Shown: in pieces, positions 17,379 through 30,429 of the stretch | Layout: each line of letters opens with the position of its first letter | Position numbering within the stretch: position 1 is the stretch's first letter | DNA from: Balamuthia mandrillaris | Lineage: Eukaryota | DNA: 64,000 bases | Direction of reading: 5' to 3' | Assembly: GCA_031835245.2 (NCBI GenBank) | Contig: JAVKOQ020000031.1 | Location: 1 to 64,000, forward strand | The notes under the pieces: model-generated | The model's database searches: none | The model's input: the letters and a program-made list of their open reading frames with translations, nothing else | Told to the model about the DNA's origin: nothing | Translations under genes and position numbers: made by a program

Positions 17379-18824
17379 ATCACCCTTCTTTCTTCTCGTT
17401 CTCTCTTGCTCTCTTTCTCTCTTCTTTCTCTCTTCTTTCTCTTGCTCTCTCTTTCTTCTTTCTTCTCTTCTCTTCTTTCTTCATTCTTCTCTTCTTTCTT
17501 CATTCTTCTCTGCTTTCTTCTTTCTTCGCTAACATAAACTACCAGGGAAGACACAAAGGAGACACGGATTGCTACCCGCTGTTCTATTATCCAACAAACA
17601 ACACAAAAGTGAACTCCATCATGAACATTCTCGCCGAGAAGAACAACCTCTCCATCTCTTTCGACCTCAAAGACAAGCAACATATCATCGGCTGGTCCAA
17701 CTCCACTTCCCTCTATCAGTACCTCAAGAACAACCCCAATAAGACTCTTGCTGGTTTGTCCTTTCTTTCATCCTCTCTTTTCGCTATTGTTTGTTCTCTC
17801 TCTCTCTCTCTCTGCTATCCTGCCCTATCCTCTTCTGTCTCTTCTCTCTGTAAACACCACGTTAACCTTATCGCTTCTCTTTCTTTTGCTGTTTGTTGTT
17901 TTGTTTTGTTAAACACAAGCTGTGGATTGGGACATTCATACGGATGGTTCTGGAGTGGAACAAGTCAAGTTCAACCTCCTCTACAATTCCTCGTGCCCAA
18001 GTCTGTTGACGTCTTGCGTGGATTGGCGACCTGTTATGTGGCGTGCGTTGGGAGAGGCCTTGGCCGTTCAGTATCATGGCAACAAGGACACCAATTGGAC
18101 GCTCGCTCAGTCCACTTATCCTATACTCAATCCTCCGAGTGATGGTTTGTTCTTAGCTCTGCTATGCTTCTTTTTTTGTTTCTTTTTATCGTCGCTTTTT
18201 TTTTTGTTGAACACTTAACTGACCCAAAAAAACAAACAGCGGTGAAGACATATGGTATCTTGTTCTTCTACTGTGGCAGCATGTTCTTCTTCATCATTCT
18301 CCTCTACCAAATCACCTACGAAAAGGAGAACAAGCTTCGCCTCGGCATGAGGACAATGGGCCTCAAAGGTTCCATGTACTGGTTCAGTTGGTTCATCACC
18401 GCCCAAATCTTAAACTTCCTCTCATGTCTTCTCCTCATCGCGGTGGGCAACGCTTGTGATTTCCAGTTCTTCCGAAACACCTCCTTCGCGGTGCTTCTCG
18501 TCATATTCTTCGTTTTCCAGCTGACCATGTCCTTGATGGCCTTCTTCTGTTCTACTTTCCTGCCCACCACCAAACTGGCCATCTACATATCGATGATGTT
18601 GTTCATTATAGGAGTGCTGCTCACCCTCATTCTCTCAGTTTTCGGCTCGTTTGTGTTTATGGAGCTTTATACAGGCGGTGATGTGGCCACCACTTTTAGG
18701 TGGCTACTTACCTGTCTGCCTATGTATAACTTTGCCAAAGCTGTCTTTGATGTCAACAACATGTCGTTCTCTTTGGGAGCTATTACTGGCCAAGGTTTCT
18801 TTCTCTTTCACTCTTATTTCCTCA

Positions 18825-18860
<36 letters not shown>

Positions 18861-20950
18861 TTTAATAATACTTACCATAACATTAATATAGGATACACAT
18901 GGAGCGATTTGTACAAAAAGGGGGCACTGGGAGAGAACGAGTTGATCCCACCCACAATCGACAGTATTTATGCCAACTTGGTTCTATGTGGCGCCTTCAT
19001 CGTGTTTTCCTGGTACCTCGATAACGTTGTTGGAGGTACGTACATCCTTTTTTTCTGTTTCTCTTATTCCTCGTCTAAGCACTATTTGTATGTGATCAAT
19101 AAAAAGGCCATGGAGTGAGAGAACCATTCTATTTTCTGTTTACTCCTCGTTATTGGGGATTGCAGAGAAAGCCAAGAATGCCTCCTGGCACCGAGCTTCA
19201 GGTTTGTTGCTTTATAACACAATGCGACAAAAGAAAATGAGACAAACAGAACTAATGATTGACCATTATCATATTTTTGCATTACATATCAAGAAGAGCA
19301 TGAGTGTTTCTGGTGATGACGAGTTCTTTAACAACGACCGGCAGTACAAACAAAAGCAAAAGGCAGACAGTTACCAATCGGTGATTGGTTCTCCTGATGA
19401 CTTTGGAGAGAACTTGAGCGGGCTGCAAGCCATCAATTTGCAAAAGTACTATTCCTCCATGTTTGGACTGCGCAAGTTCCATGCCTTGCGAGGCTTCAAC
19501 GCTAACATCTCGGAAGGCAACATCTTCTGTTTGTTGGGACACAACGGAGCTGGTAAGCTTTGTTATTGTTTCTTTGGTTATGCGTGTTTGTGTTTATAGG
19601 CATTCTTTTTGAAACGTTGTGACCCAATCCATTCTTCCAAAAAACATAACAGGTAAAACAACGACAGTGAGCATTTTGACGGGATTACTTGACGCAACAG
19701 GTGGCGAGGGATGGATCTTCGGATACAACGTCAACGCCGAAATGGACAAAATCCGAGCCATCATGGGCGTGTGTCCTCAGGTTTGCATTCAAAGTCTTTT
19801 TCTTTCTTCGTTGCACTCTCGTCTCTCTTCCTTTTACTTAGCTAGTTTTTGAACGAAACATACAGCACGACATTCTTTGGGATGGTCTAACCGCTGCTGA
19901 GCATTTGCAACTTTTCGCAGAGCTGAAGCAAGTTCCTCGAACGCAGATTCGTACAGAGGTTGCTGAGAAGCTCGACAGCGTTGGTCTACTGTCTGTTGCC
20001 AACAATCAGGTTTCTGGATTTTCCGGAGGCATGAAGCGACGACTTTCCGTTGCTATGTCGTGTATCGGAAATCCGAAAATTATTTTCTTGGATGGTGTTT
20101 GCTTTCTTCATCTTCTTTACTTTGATTTTTTGTTCTCTCTTCTGTCTTTACAATCTTTCTTGGTTACTTCACCTAACTCTGTTTTGTTCTTCCTTCGCAC
20201 ACTACAGAACCAACAACAGGAATGGATCCAGTCAGCCGAAGACACGTCTGGAACCTCATTCAAGAGTTGAAAAAGGATCGCGTGGTGGTGCTCACCACCC
20301 ACTCAATGGAAGAGGCTGACGTTTTGGGAGACATCATCGCCATCATGTCCCACGGTACCATCCGTTGTATGGGCACTTCCCTCTTCTTGAAGAATAGGTA
20401 TGGCGAGGGTTATCGCATCAACATCACCGCTCGTGCTACAGAGACTATTTTGGACGCACAACACATGCTTGCTGAAGGCTTACCTGGTATTAACTTCTCG
20501 TGTTATTTCATTCACCATTCTTTCCTCGTTCTTCTTTTCATTCTTCATTCCCCCTTGTTCTCCTTTTTCTTCATCCTTCGTGTCCTCTAACACCTGCACC
20601 TACAAATCAGGATGCAAGTTGATCGCCCAAACAGGAGAGTATTTGGTGTATGGACTGCCGCACACAGCGCTCGACCACATCGTTCCTTTCTTCAAGCAAG
20701 TGGAAACAGAAATGCAAAACGATTCAAAGACTTGTCCCATCCGCGACATCAACATTTCTCACACAAGTAAGTTCTATCTCTCTCTTGCTCTCTCTCTCTC
20801 TCTCTCTCTCTCTCAATCCTTTCTCTGCACTTTTGCTGATGTTAAGTTTGCTCCTTGTTACCAGCTCTGGAAGAAGTGTTCTTGAAGATAACAAGACAAG
20901 CCAAAGAAGAGGAACTCGGCGGAAAAATCCCCATCACATTCGACGACTAA
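16828..20950 (+). CDS. ABC transporter subfamily A, half-size (TMD-NBD), multi-exon; divergent from the preceding ABCA gene
   Basis: [109 protein letters not shown]. Confidence 0.93.
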
Positions 20951-21053
20951 GCAACACACATACTCTTATTTATCTTTTTCATTTCATATTTTTTAAACAC
21001 TTTAAAAATCCACTTAAAAAAAAAACAAACAAACAAACCGCAAAATACAGTTA

Positions 21054-24000
21054 TCAAGCATAGATGCCCTTGATGCGCAAGTTCTTGGGATCAAATGGAG
21101 CACCTCCACTGTGCAACACTGCCGGAATCTTCTTTCCCAGGCACTCAATCTCGAACCTGTCCTGCTTGGCCTCCAGCCACTCCTTATCCACAACGCCGCC
21201 ATCCTTCCTGGACACGTAACCGTAGGCAACATTCTTGTCAATGCTGAATCCGAAAGCAGCTCTTCTCACGAATCCCACCACCTCGCCATCCCTCAGAATG
21301 GTCTCCATGCCGCCATGAATGGGTCCATGCTCCTTCTCTGCCAACAGGCAAACGAGCCGCTTGCGAAGACCTTCGTTCTTTTGTTTTTCGAGCGCCTCTC
21401 TGCCGAGGAATGGCACCTCCGTTTTGAGCTTGCAGATAAAGGAGAGGCCGGCCTCCAAGGGAGTGTCTGTGGCGCGAAGGTCCTCGTGCCAGTGCTTGTA
21501 GCTCTTCTCTTGGCTCAGTGTGTCGATAGAGCGATACCCAGCGTTGCTCAAGCCTCCTTCATGAGCCTTGGAGGCCGCCATGATGGAACGATAGACCGGA
21601 ACACAGCTCTCTTTGGGGGTGTGGATCTCCCAACCCAACTCTCCCACGAAGGTGATCCTCAATGCTCTGATTTGATGCGTTTTACGGGGGTCATCTGGAT
21701 CGCGAATGTGAACCAAGCGATTGGTGGAGAAGGGGAAGTGCTGCTCATGGTCGGCAAAGAGATGTCTCTCTTCAGGAACGACCGCATCGGCCAATGTCGC
21801 TCCGCTGATGCGTCCCATAACTCCCATCACGCCGTGCTGTTCCGTCTCGTCCCTAAGGACCACGTCAAACTGCTTCTCTTTCAGCACAGTGGAGATCCAA
21901 TGCCAGTCATGCGTGGCTGTCGCTCCCGGAGTGACGATGTAGAAACGAGGGAGACCCGTTTGAGGGTCGTCCTCGATGCGGTTGACAGTGAGGTCGCACT
22001 CCACACCACCCCGCTCGTTGCACATACTGGTGTAGGTGCAGGCGCCGACGGGCTTGTCGTGTACGCGGTTGGTGCAGAGCCAGTCAACGGCAGCTTGGGC
22101 TTGGGGGCCTTCTAGGAAGAACTTGCCAAAGGCACTTTGGTCAAAGATAGCGCCACGATCTCTGCATGCTCTGTTTGAATCAACAATGCCACATTTAAAC
22201 ACCACAAAGTAAGAAAAAAGTAAAAAAGGAGGGAGAAAGAGGAAAACAGTTGTCCAGTGGCTGGAGTCTTATCGCTAACGCACTCTCCACAGACTACACC
22301 TTTGAATTCACGTCCTTCGTTTCATTGATACCAACATCACAGCCCATACAAACAGACAAAGCACACAACAGGAAAACAAAAAAATGAAGCTTACCGATGC
22401 TCTCTACCAATGATTTCATGACTAGACGGCCAGCCAAAGTTGTAGTCTGCAGAGAGGGCGTTAGCGTATCCGTTGGTGGCGTGCTTGGGGTATCGATCTG
22501 GGTATGCGCCATTGTAATCATAGGGTAGGACCTTGGCCTCTTCCTTTTTCTCTGGTCCCAAGAACCAGTTGGGTCTCTCCCAACCGTGCTTGGCTCCATA
22601 GATGCAGCCCTGTTCTGCCAACAGAGCATGCAAGGGACTCTTTCTCACATTCCTGAAAGCCAGGGGCTCATCGTGAGGATAGACAGTGAAGTAGTTCTTG
22701 GAGTAGGATTCGTGAGAAGCCTCGTTGATCCATTGGTTGTTGTCAGTCATGGAAGGGTGGAAGCGGTTGATATCATAGGAGAACATGTCTCTGCGGGGAC
22801 GTCCATCTCGCACCCAGTAGGCAAGCTCCTCACCGCACCCGCCGCTCAACATGATGCCGGCAGAGTTAAAACCACAGCCCAGGTAAAAGCCCGAGAGCTG
22901 AGGACTCTCTCCCAGCAAAGGTTTGTGGTCGGGAGTGAAGGACTCGGGTCCGCAGACGGTCGACTTGATGCCGCACTCGGCGATGGCCGGAACGCGCTTC
23001 ACGCTGCCTGTGATGTGGGCCTCAAAGACGTCCCAGTCCAGATCAAAGAGAGAGAAAGGAAAGTCGTCCTCTGGGTTCTCCCAGAACAGAGGATTCATCT
23101 CGTAACCGCCCACGCAAAGTGTTGAGCCCTAATTTTGTTGCAAGAGATAAGAAAAATGAGAAAAAAAAAAGAAATGAGAATAAGAACTTGACGAAGAGAG
23201 AAAACAAACGAGACAAAAAATAAGAAACAGAGAAACCGAGAAGAAAAGAGAAAGCGACAAGAGAGCGCCAAAATAAAAAAAAAACAAGAAGAACGACAAC
23301 GAAAAGAAAACGAATCTCTCACCTGAAGCTTAAGATAAACGGATTGGTCATGGTCACGAACGTTCGGTGTGTTCTCAATACCAGGAATGCTCTCGGTAAT
23401 AACATACGCATGTTTCATGCCGACCAAAGGGACATTAACATTGGCCATTTTGCCGATCTTTCGAGCCCAAGCGCCAGCGCAGTTGACCACCTTCTTCGTG
23501 CGAATGGTGCCCATGGAAGTACGCACGCCGGCCACCGCTCCGTTGTTGATGTCAAACCCTTGAACAACGCAGTCTTGGAAGACCTAACCAACAGGAAACA
23601 TTACAAAAAAAGCGGTGAGTAATGCTTCAACTCATTTTTTCTCTCTCAAGTGAACGAGAAAATGAACCTTTGCGCCACCCATGCGAGCAGCCTTGACATA
23701 AGCCTCCGTGATACCGGCCGGTTCGATGGTCCCATCTCCCGGCGAGTACAACGCACCATAAACATCCTCGGTTGCGCACAGCGGGTGCACCTTCTTAATG
23801 TCGCTCGGTCCCAGGATGTGGGACTCGATGCCAAAGTGCTTGCCCAGCGTGTGCATCCGCTTGTACTCGTCCAGCCGCTCCTTGTTGCTGGCGATGAAGA
23901 GCCCGCCATTGTTGACCCAGCCGGTGGAGAGGCCCGTTCGGGCCTCCAGCTCCGTCGAGGCCAGCGCCCGCGTCCTGGCCAGCAGGTCAATGTCCACGTC

Positions 24001-24504
24001 GTTGGGGCGAAGGCGCCAGAGCAGGCCCGCGCTGTGCCACGTCGTCCCCGAGGTCAGCTTGTTGCGGTCCAGCAGCACCACGTCCTGCACGCCCAGCTCG
24101 GTGAGGTGGAAGAGGGTGCTGGCGCCCACCACGCCGCCGCCGATGATGACCACGTCGGCGCTGTCGGGGAGCTGCGCGGCAGCGGCTACGTCCTGCAGCT
24201 CCTCGGCTGTTGCGGCGGCCGTGGCGAGGTGAGGCTTGGCACGCGGGGAAGCGCGAGCGGCGGAAGCGGAGGAGGCAGGGGAGGTGGCAGTGGTGGAAGG
24301 GGCCGCCGCATGGGAGGCCGCTCTTCGTTGTGGAAGGAGGCCTCCGCTCACAGAGGAAGCAGAGGAGGAGGAGGAGGCGCTGGGGCTTGCCCTTCCATGG
24401 TTGAAGAGAAAGGAAGGAGCAGGAGCAGAAGAAGGAGATGAGTTTCTAAGAGAGCGTTGAGCAGCCGCTCTGGCGCGTCCGCCTCCCACCGAATGCCTGA
24501 ACAT
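21054..24504 (-). CDS. SARDH: Mitochondrial sarcosine/dimethylglycine dehydrogenase (FAD-dependent, GcvT-like C-terminus), multi-exon
   Basis: Arg/Ser/Ala-rich presequence, [91 protein letters not shown]. Confidence 0.92.
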
Positions 24505-25136
24505 GCCTTCCTTCTCTTTTCGAATACCCGTTACTACCTTCTTTTTGTGGTTGTTTGAAATGACAAAAAAGAAAGAACTCTGTGACGAAAGCAGCAGAGG
24601 GAGGGGACGGAGAGAGAGAGAGAGAGGAGAGAGAGCTTTGCAACGCGGAGACGAGATAACGGGTTCCGACCCACCTTAAAGCAAGCGAAAAAATTGCATC
24701 CATAAGGTAAGGAGGAGAGCAGTTAAGGTGAACACTACCAAAAAAGTGCCACCTTTTAGGTGGGAAATTTCGAGAGGATCCACATGTGCTTGCTTTTAAC
24801 CTTTTACGGTTAAGGTGGCTGTTGGTATGGCCTTGATTGGAAATTTTTTCTGAAATTTCAACGCTGGATACACAAGGATTAATTAAACTCTGGCCTACAG
24901 AAAATCAAATGTAAAAATAGATGATCTACAAGAAATACATGACGTGGACCACTACAAATTCAAAAATCTAATCGAAAGGGCCGAATCGACGTGGCACAAC
25001 GTATTGTCGACACAAGGAAACAACAGAAAAAGCAAGAAGGACAGAAAGAAGCAACGGACGACGGAAGCGCCATCGTAAAACGATCAAAAGACAAACACTG
25101 CACTCGACTTGCGTTAAAATCAGATTTAAAAAAGTT

Positions 25137-27463
25137 ATGCCTGTCGCCGTGAAAGCCAAGTACGGAGATGACCTCCGCAGGGTCACGGTGGAGGACGCCA
25201 TCACCTTGGAGGAGCTGCACGCGTTGCTCCTCTCTGTTTTTGGGCCGCTTCCTCCTTTCTCCCTCAAGTACGAAGGTAAGTAAGCCTTTATTTTCTCAAC
25301 ACGAAAAAAAAGCACACACACGTTCTCTTTTTTAAAACAATCGTGTTGTTTGCACCAAAAAAAAAAAAAAAAACAGATGAGGAGGGAGACTTGGTGAGCA
25401 TCTCTTCGGATGTGGAAGTCACCGAGGCCTTAAACCTGGCCTCCCAACGCCAAAACAACACGCTGCGCCTCTTTCTCTCTGATCGTACGTTTAGATTTTT
25501 GTTCTCTTCCTTCCTCTCTTTTTCGCTTTCTTTTTATATTTTTGACTGTTTTCGCACTGTACAGAACAAAGAACTGCGCCTTCGGCACCTTCCTCTTCCT
25601 CTTCTGCTGCTTCTGCTTCTCAACCACAGACCTCGTCGTCTACGGCCAGCCCCCTTTTTGCTGCCTCGGCCGCCACGCTGCCCTTGCCTCACCACCAAGC
25701 CGAGAACGCCGCTCAAGTCCTTCAACTCGCTCAACTCCTTTTGGGTCAACTCACCTCTCCTTCCCTTTCTACCACCCCTCCCTCCCCTTCTTCCACAGAA
25801 AGCAATACAGAAGAGAGAGTTGGAGGAGCAACAGCAACAACGGGAGGAGTGGCTCCGTTGTCCTCATTGGAAGCGCAGCTGCAGCCGTTGGCATTGCAGC
25901 TGTTGAGGAGCGAGGCCATGCAGCAGGCATTGCCGCAGCTGATGAGCACCATGCTGCCTCTCTTCATGCGAACGGCGAGTGACCCTCAGGTCCTCTCTGC
26001 CCTTTTGCCTCTCGTTTTGGGCTCTGTCTCTTCTTCCTCATCTGCTCCTTCTTCGAATTCAACGGCAGCGCCACTTTTTCAGTTATTGCCACAGTTGTTC
26101 TCAGCAGTTTTGCAGCCGCAAAATAATAGCAACAACCGAGCACAGCAACAACAGCAACAACCACAGCAGCAAGAGCAATTGTACCCATCGTTGGGATCGT
26201 TTCCCTCAGCTCCTACCCATACGCCTCTGTCAGGTGCCCAACCACAACAGAACGCTACCAGAACTGGTTCCACGGGCTCTCGGTCTGAGAATGAGTACCT
26301 CTCTCTCTCTCTCTCTCTTTCTCTCACATATGCGTGCTTTTCTCATCCAAAAATCAAGTTCTCAACAGGACCAAAACAAACCCAAATTAGCAGCCAGGTT
26401 TATGGAAGATGCCACATATCCTCCTGGCGCCAGTTGGTAACTGAAACACTCCTTTCCCAGCCACGTTTCTTTCCCACTTACTCACCATTTCTTCTTCTTT
26501 TTTATTTCCACATGATAGTGTGGACGCGAGGAAGAAATTCATAAAGGCATGGCGCGTTAAGAACGAAGGCACTACCGACTGGCACGACATCAGTCTCTCC
26601 TTTGCGGGTGGCTACAACCTCAGCGCACTCACCAGAGTGATTGTGCCGCCCACCAAAGCTGGTGATACTACCCTTATTTCAGTTCCTATGGAGGCACCCT
26701 TGTACGCTCCTTTCTAATTTTCAGTCTTATTTTCTAGAAGTTATCTAACAATTCTCTTTTCAATTTAGGGAGGCTGGTAACTATGTGGGACATTGGCGTC
26801 TGACCACACGCAACGGACAAAGCTTTGGTCCTCGTCTATGGATGGACATCACAGTAGTTCTACCTAGCGTTTCTACACCCCCTCTCTCATCCTCTACCTC
26901 TTTATCTGCTTCCTTAGGTCCTTCTTCATTCTCTAGTTCTTCTTCCTCCTCTCACTCCCCTTCGATGTCCTCTTCTTTATCTTATCCTCATCCCTCTTCT
27001 TCCGATGGTGCTCAAGTCCCCATCTATCATCATCCTCAACAATCCCCTTCACACAGTTCTGCTTCTTCTCCTTCGTACTCTCCATCCATGACTTCTTCTG
27101 GCTCTCTTTCCAACAGCGCTTATTTCCAACCAGTTCAGTTGCCTCCTCCATCCGCGCCTTCATCGACATCCCTCTCGTCATCCGCTTCCTCCTCAGCCTC
27201 TGTCTATCCTGCTCATCCTCATTCCAGAACTTCTGCTGTACGTTCACTTCTCTTTTCTCTGTTCTTTCCTAATCTCTCGATCATTATTTAAAAAAAAAAA
27301 ACGAAAAACAAAACAGAGCAAGGAGCTGAACCAAGCAGTAGAGGCGATGGTGGCAATGGGCTTCCACGACAGGCAACGTAATTATCAGCTATTGCAACGC
27401 TTCAACGGCAACATCTCTGACGCGGTCAACGAAATCCTTCACAATCCCTCCAACTATCCTTAA
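25137..27463 (+). CDS. NBR1-like selective autophagy receptor (PB1 - low complexity - FW/Ig-like - UBA), multi-exon
   Basis: PB1: MPVAVKAKYGDDLRRV...LKYE|DEEGDLVSISSDVEVTEA. FW domain: ARFMEDATYPPG..FIKAWRVKNEGTTDW..ISVPMEAP..YVGHWRL..GQSFGPRLWMDI. UBA: VEAMVAMGFHDRQRNYQLLQRFNGNISDAVNEI. Confidence 0.85.
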
Positions 27464-27577
27464 CTCTGTTTTTTTGTAAATGAATTCATTCACTTTCTTT
27501 CAAAATGCTCTTCTTTCTTCCTGTTGCTAGCTACTCTTGTTTGTCTTTTGGGCTCTTCTTCTTCTTCTGTGCTGCCC

Positions 27578-28791
27578 TCATGGTTGTTGTTGCGGTGGTG
27601 GAACTTCTTCAGGGCCATCCTCGTCATCATGAAGGCGTTTCCTGTACCGCAAAAACTTGGCAGTGAGAGGAGTCACCGTGGCCGTCATCACCAGACGAAT
27701 AGGCACGATGATGTGATTCACGATGAACGCCAACCCAAAGACGGAGGCCTTGTGCCCTTTCTCGCTCTCCAGTGCTGCCAACGTCCTGCTCATTTGCCCA
27801 CAGATATTAAGAGAAGGAAAAAGAAAAACAAAAGACAAACGAAACGTAACTGGTCGGAGACCGGAACGCCCAAGTCGATGAGAATCTGAGAGACGTCCAC
27901 TCCGACGTTGATCAAGGCGACGAGGGCGGCAAACACGCCGAAAGACAGCGTCATGTGGGTGTAGATGGCCAACCAGCCATACTCATCCACAAGGCGTTTG
28001 ATCTTGGGGGGCAGCTTGGAGGAGAACCGGAGGAAGAGCTCGTCCCCTTTCTCGCCGATCCAGGGCAAGGGTGGCGCCTTTTGCCACCACTCCTTCTCTT
28101 GCAGCTGCTGCTTAAAGGCCGCCTTCTCTCGTTGCTTCTTTTCTTGCTTCTGTTCGTTCCGTTCAGCATTGGCAACATAGAAAAAGGAGAACAGGAAGGG
28201 AAGAGGAGAAGAGAGAACACGAGAGAGTGAGAGAATAGATCAAGAGAAGAGAGAGAGAAGAGAGAGAGAGAGAGAGAAAAGAGAAAGAACCGTTTCAGGA
28301 ACGTCGGTGTTGTCTTGCTGCTGCTGCTGGTCTGAGGAATCAGAGGAAGTGGAGTAGAGGCAGCGTCCCGTCCTGAAAAGGAAGTTTTGGCTGCTCCCTG
28401 ACGGTGGCACGGGTACCCGCTTGAACCGCGACATGGGCGAAGAGGAAGACAAAAACAAAGAGGAGGAAGAAGAAAAAGATGATGACGAAGAGGACAAACG
28501 ACGCTGGTGGAGCGGCACTCGTAAAAAAACTTTAGATGGAGGGAGTTGCTCGTGCTTAAGCCATTTGAATAGCTGTGTAGGGGGTGAGGAAGGTGGAGAA
28601 GCTAAAATCAACGAAGAGGACGAGGAGGAGGAAGATGAAACGTGTCTCGTCGTAGCGTTGCGGCCAACGAGCCACTCCATGCCCACAACGGCTGTGGAGA
28701 GCGTCGGACGCTTGGGCATAGCCCCCAAGAGCCGCGCCAGGCAAACGCCCGTCGTCGTAACAGCGCCGGTTTGGTTGTGCCCCTGCAGCAT
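27578..28791 (-). CDS. FAM210/DUF1279-like mitochondrial membrane protein, multi-exon
   Basis: Presequence-like N-terminus, KIKRLVDEYGWLAIYTHMTLS..GVDV, FGLAFIVNHIIVPIRLVMTATVTP. Confidence 0.75.
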
Positions 28792-28875
28792 TGATGATCC
28801 CCTCTACCGCCCACGCTTGCCGCCCCCAAGTGAAAGCCCTTTTCTTTTTCTTTTGTTTCTTCGTATTTTATTTTT

Positions 28876-28956
28876 AGTCGACATTACTTAGTGTCGACAA
28901 CATGGTATTTGTCGACATGTTGTCGACATCAATCATCGTCCGATATGTTGTCGACA
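28876..28956. promoter_or_regulatory. Cluster of five GTCGAC (mostly TGTCGACA) palindromes in a divergent promoter
   Basis: GTCGAC at 28877, 28893, 28911, 28922 and 28950, inside the ~250 bp between two divergently oriented start codons. Confidence 0.55.
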
Positions 28957-29039
28957 CGTGAATTTTTTCCGCGAAAAATTTTAGACGTTTAAAAACCAAA
29001 AAAACATTAAAAATTGCAAGAAAGCAACAGAAAAAAAAA

Positions 29040-30400
29040 ATGTGGAGTCGCAGGGGTTGGAGAGAAGAAGAAAGCGCTAGTTCTTCTGACTCGGATTCTT
29101 CGTCAGCACCGTCTTCTTCGTCCTCATCCTCCTCTTCTGATTCTGAGGAAGAGGACTATAGCAACGTCGTTACATTACAATGCGTTGCCCCTATAACGAT
29201 CGTTAATGACGAAGAGAAAGCAGAAGAAGGGAGTGAAGCCGAAGAAAGACTCGATGGTAGCCGCTTTGAAGACGGCCTGTCGCGCCTCTGCCAAGACAAA
29301 GACGTGTTCGAATTGGACGAGAGCGGCGCTTGGGTGCGGGTGGAGCAGGTCCGGCACCGTTTCGGCCTCGAGAGGGAGGTTTTTCGTCACCCCAAAGGCG
29401 GGTTCGTCATCGCTCGAATGAGAAAAGGAGGAACCTATCTTGTGGAAGAAGGGAGCCTAAGAAGAAGGAGACGGAGAGAAAGTGGAAGGACAGCCCCCAC
29501 GGCACCAACCATGATAGCAAATGTAGACATTGGAGCGGCAGACGACGAAGACAAGAGCGAACGACGGCAAGAAAGAAAGAAGAGGAGAGAAGAGAAAGAG
29601 AGGCAAAAGAAGAATGTGAAGAAGGACAAGAAAGAAAGCGAGGCTTCGGTGATAACAGAACAACAACCGAAACCACCAGTGGAAAAAGAAGAAGAAGAAA
29701 AGGAAGGACTAGTGGACAACATGCAATTGGAGACCTCGTCGTCTTCATCGTCTGCTTCTCTTTCGGAACAGAAAGCGAAAACGGAACAACAGGAAAAAGA
29801 AGAAACAGAAGAACAACAAGCAGAGGAAGAAGAGGAGGAACAGCTGATACCAGTAATGTGGTTTTGGAGCGAGAATGATGGAGCGTTGTGGCAAGCCTTC
29901 GACCCTGCCACCAACCAAATGTTAGAGGAAGCTTTCAACTCTGGAGTTCAACACGTGGAAAACTTTGGTATGCCGCTTTGCTTTATTCTTCTTCTTTTCT
30001 TAACCTCTGTTGTCTTGCAGATATAGGCAAGCGACAAGAGCTGACAACTGGCAAGAGTTTGCTTCGAGGCAGTTGGTTTTGGCGAAGCAGCAAAGGCCAT
30101 CTCGTCCCTTACCCAGAAGAGGTTTTTTCTTGTGCTTAATTTCTTCTTTCTGTTCTTTCAGCTTATTTCTTCTTGTAAAACACCAAGGTGGCAACAAAGT
30201 TGGAGGAAGCATATCAAGAGCTACATTGCAAAGCGAGTCGGGCTCCCTCCAAAAGAGTCAAAGTGGACGCACAACGTTACTGCGTCGTCAAAGCAAACGG
30301 ACAATGCCGACAATACAGAAACAAAGGAGGTCATCCCAAAGGACGTGAAGTCAGCCGTGGTTTTCTTTTCAAAGTTTCTTCGGTTGTTAAAGCTGAGTGA
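29040..30400 (+). CDS. Acidic/low-complexity protein with C-terminal tandem WWE-like domains, 3 exons
   Basis: VMWFWSENDGALWQAFDPATNQMLEEAF and SWFWRSSKGHLVPYPEE|VATKLEEAY...QYRNK..REVSRG match the WWE pattern W.W....W..Y......LE.A. Confidence 0.7.
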
Positions 30401-30429
30401 TATAGAAAGTACAATCTTAGTGGTTTGAG

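Noticed and set aside
21111..24441. Long plus-strand ORFs (334, 179, 263 aa) opposite SARDH; similarly 31962-33143 and 59233-60207
   Set aside because: Antisense shadows of GC-rich coding exons, with no independent motifs.
28876..28956. Short repeats with spacers resembling a mini CRISPR array
   Set aside because: The repeats are only 6-8 bp and irregularly spaced, there are no cas genes, and the context is eukaryotic. Treated as a promoter motif instead.
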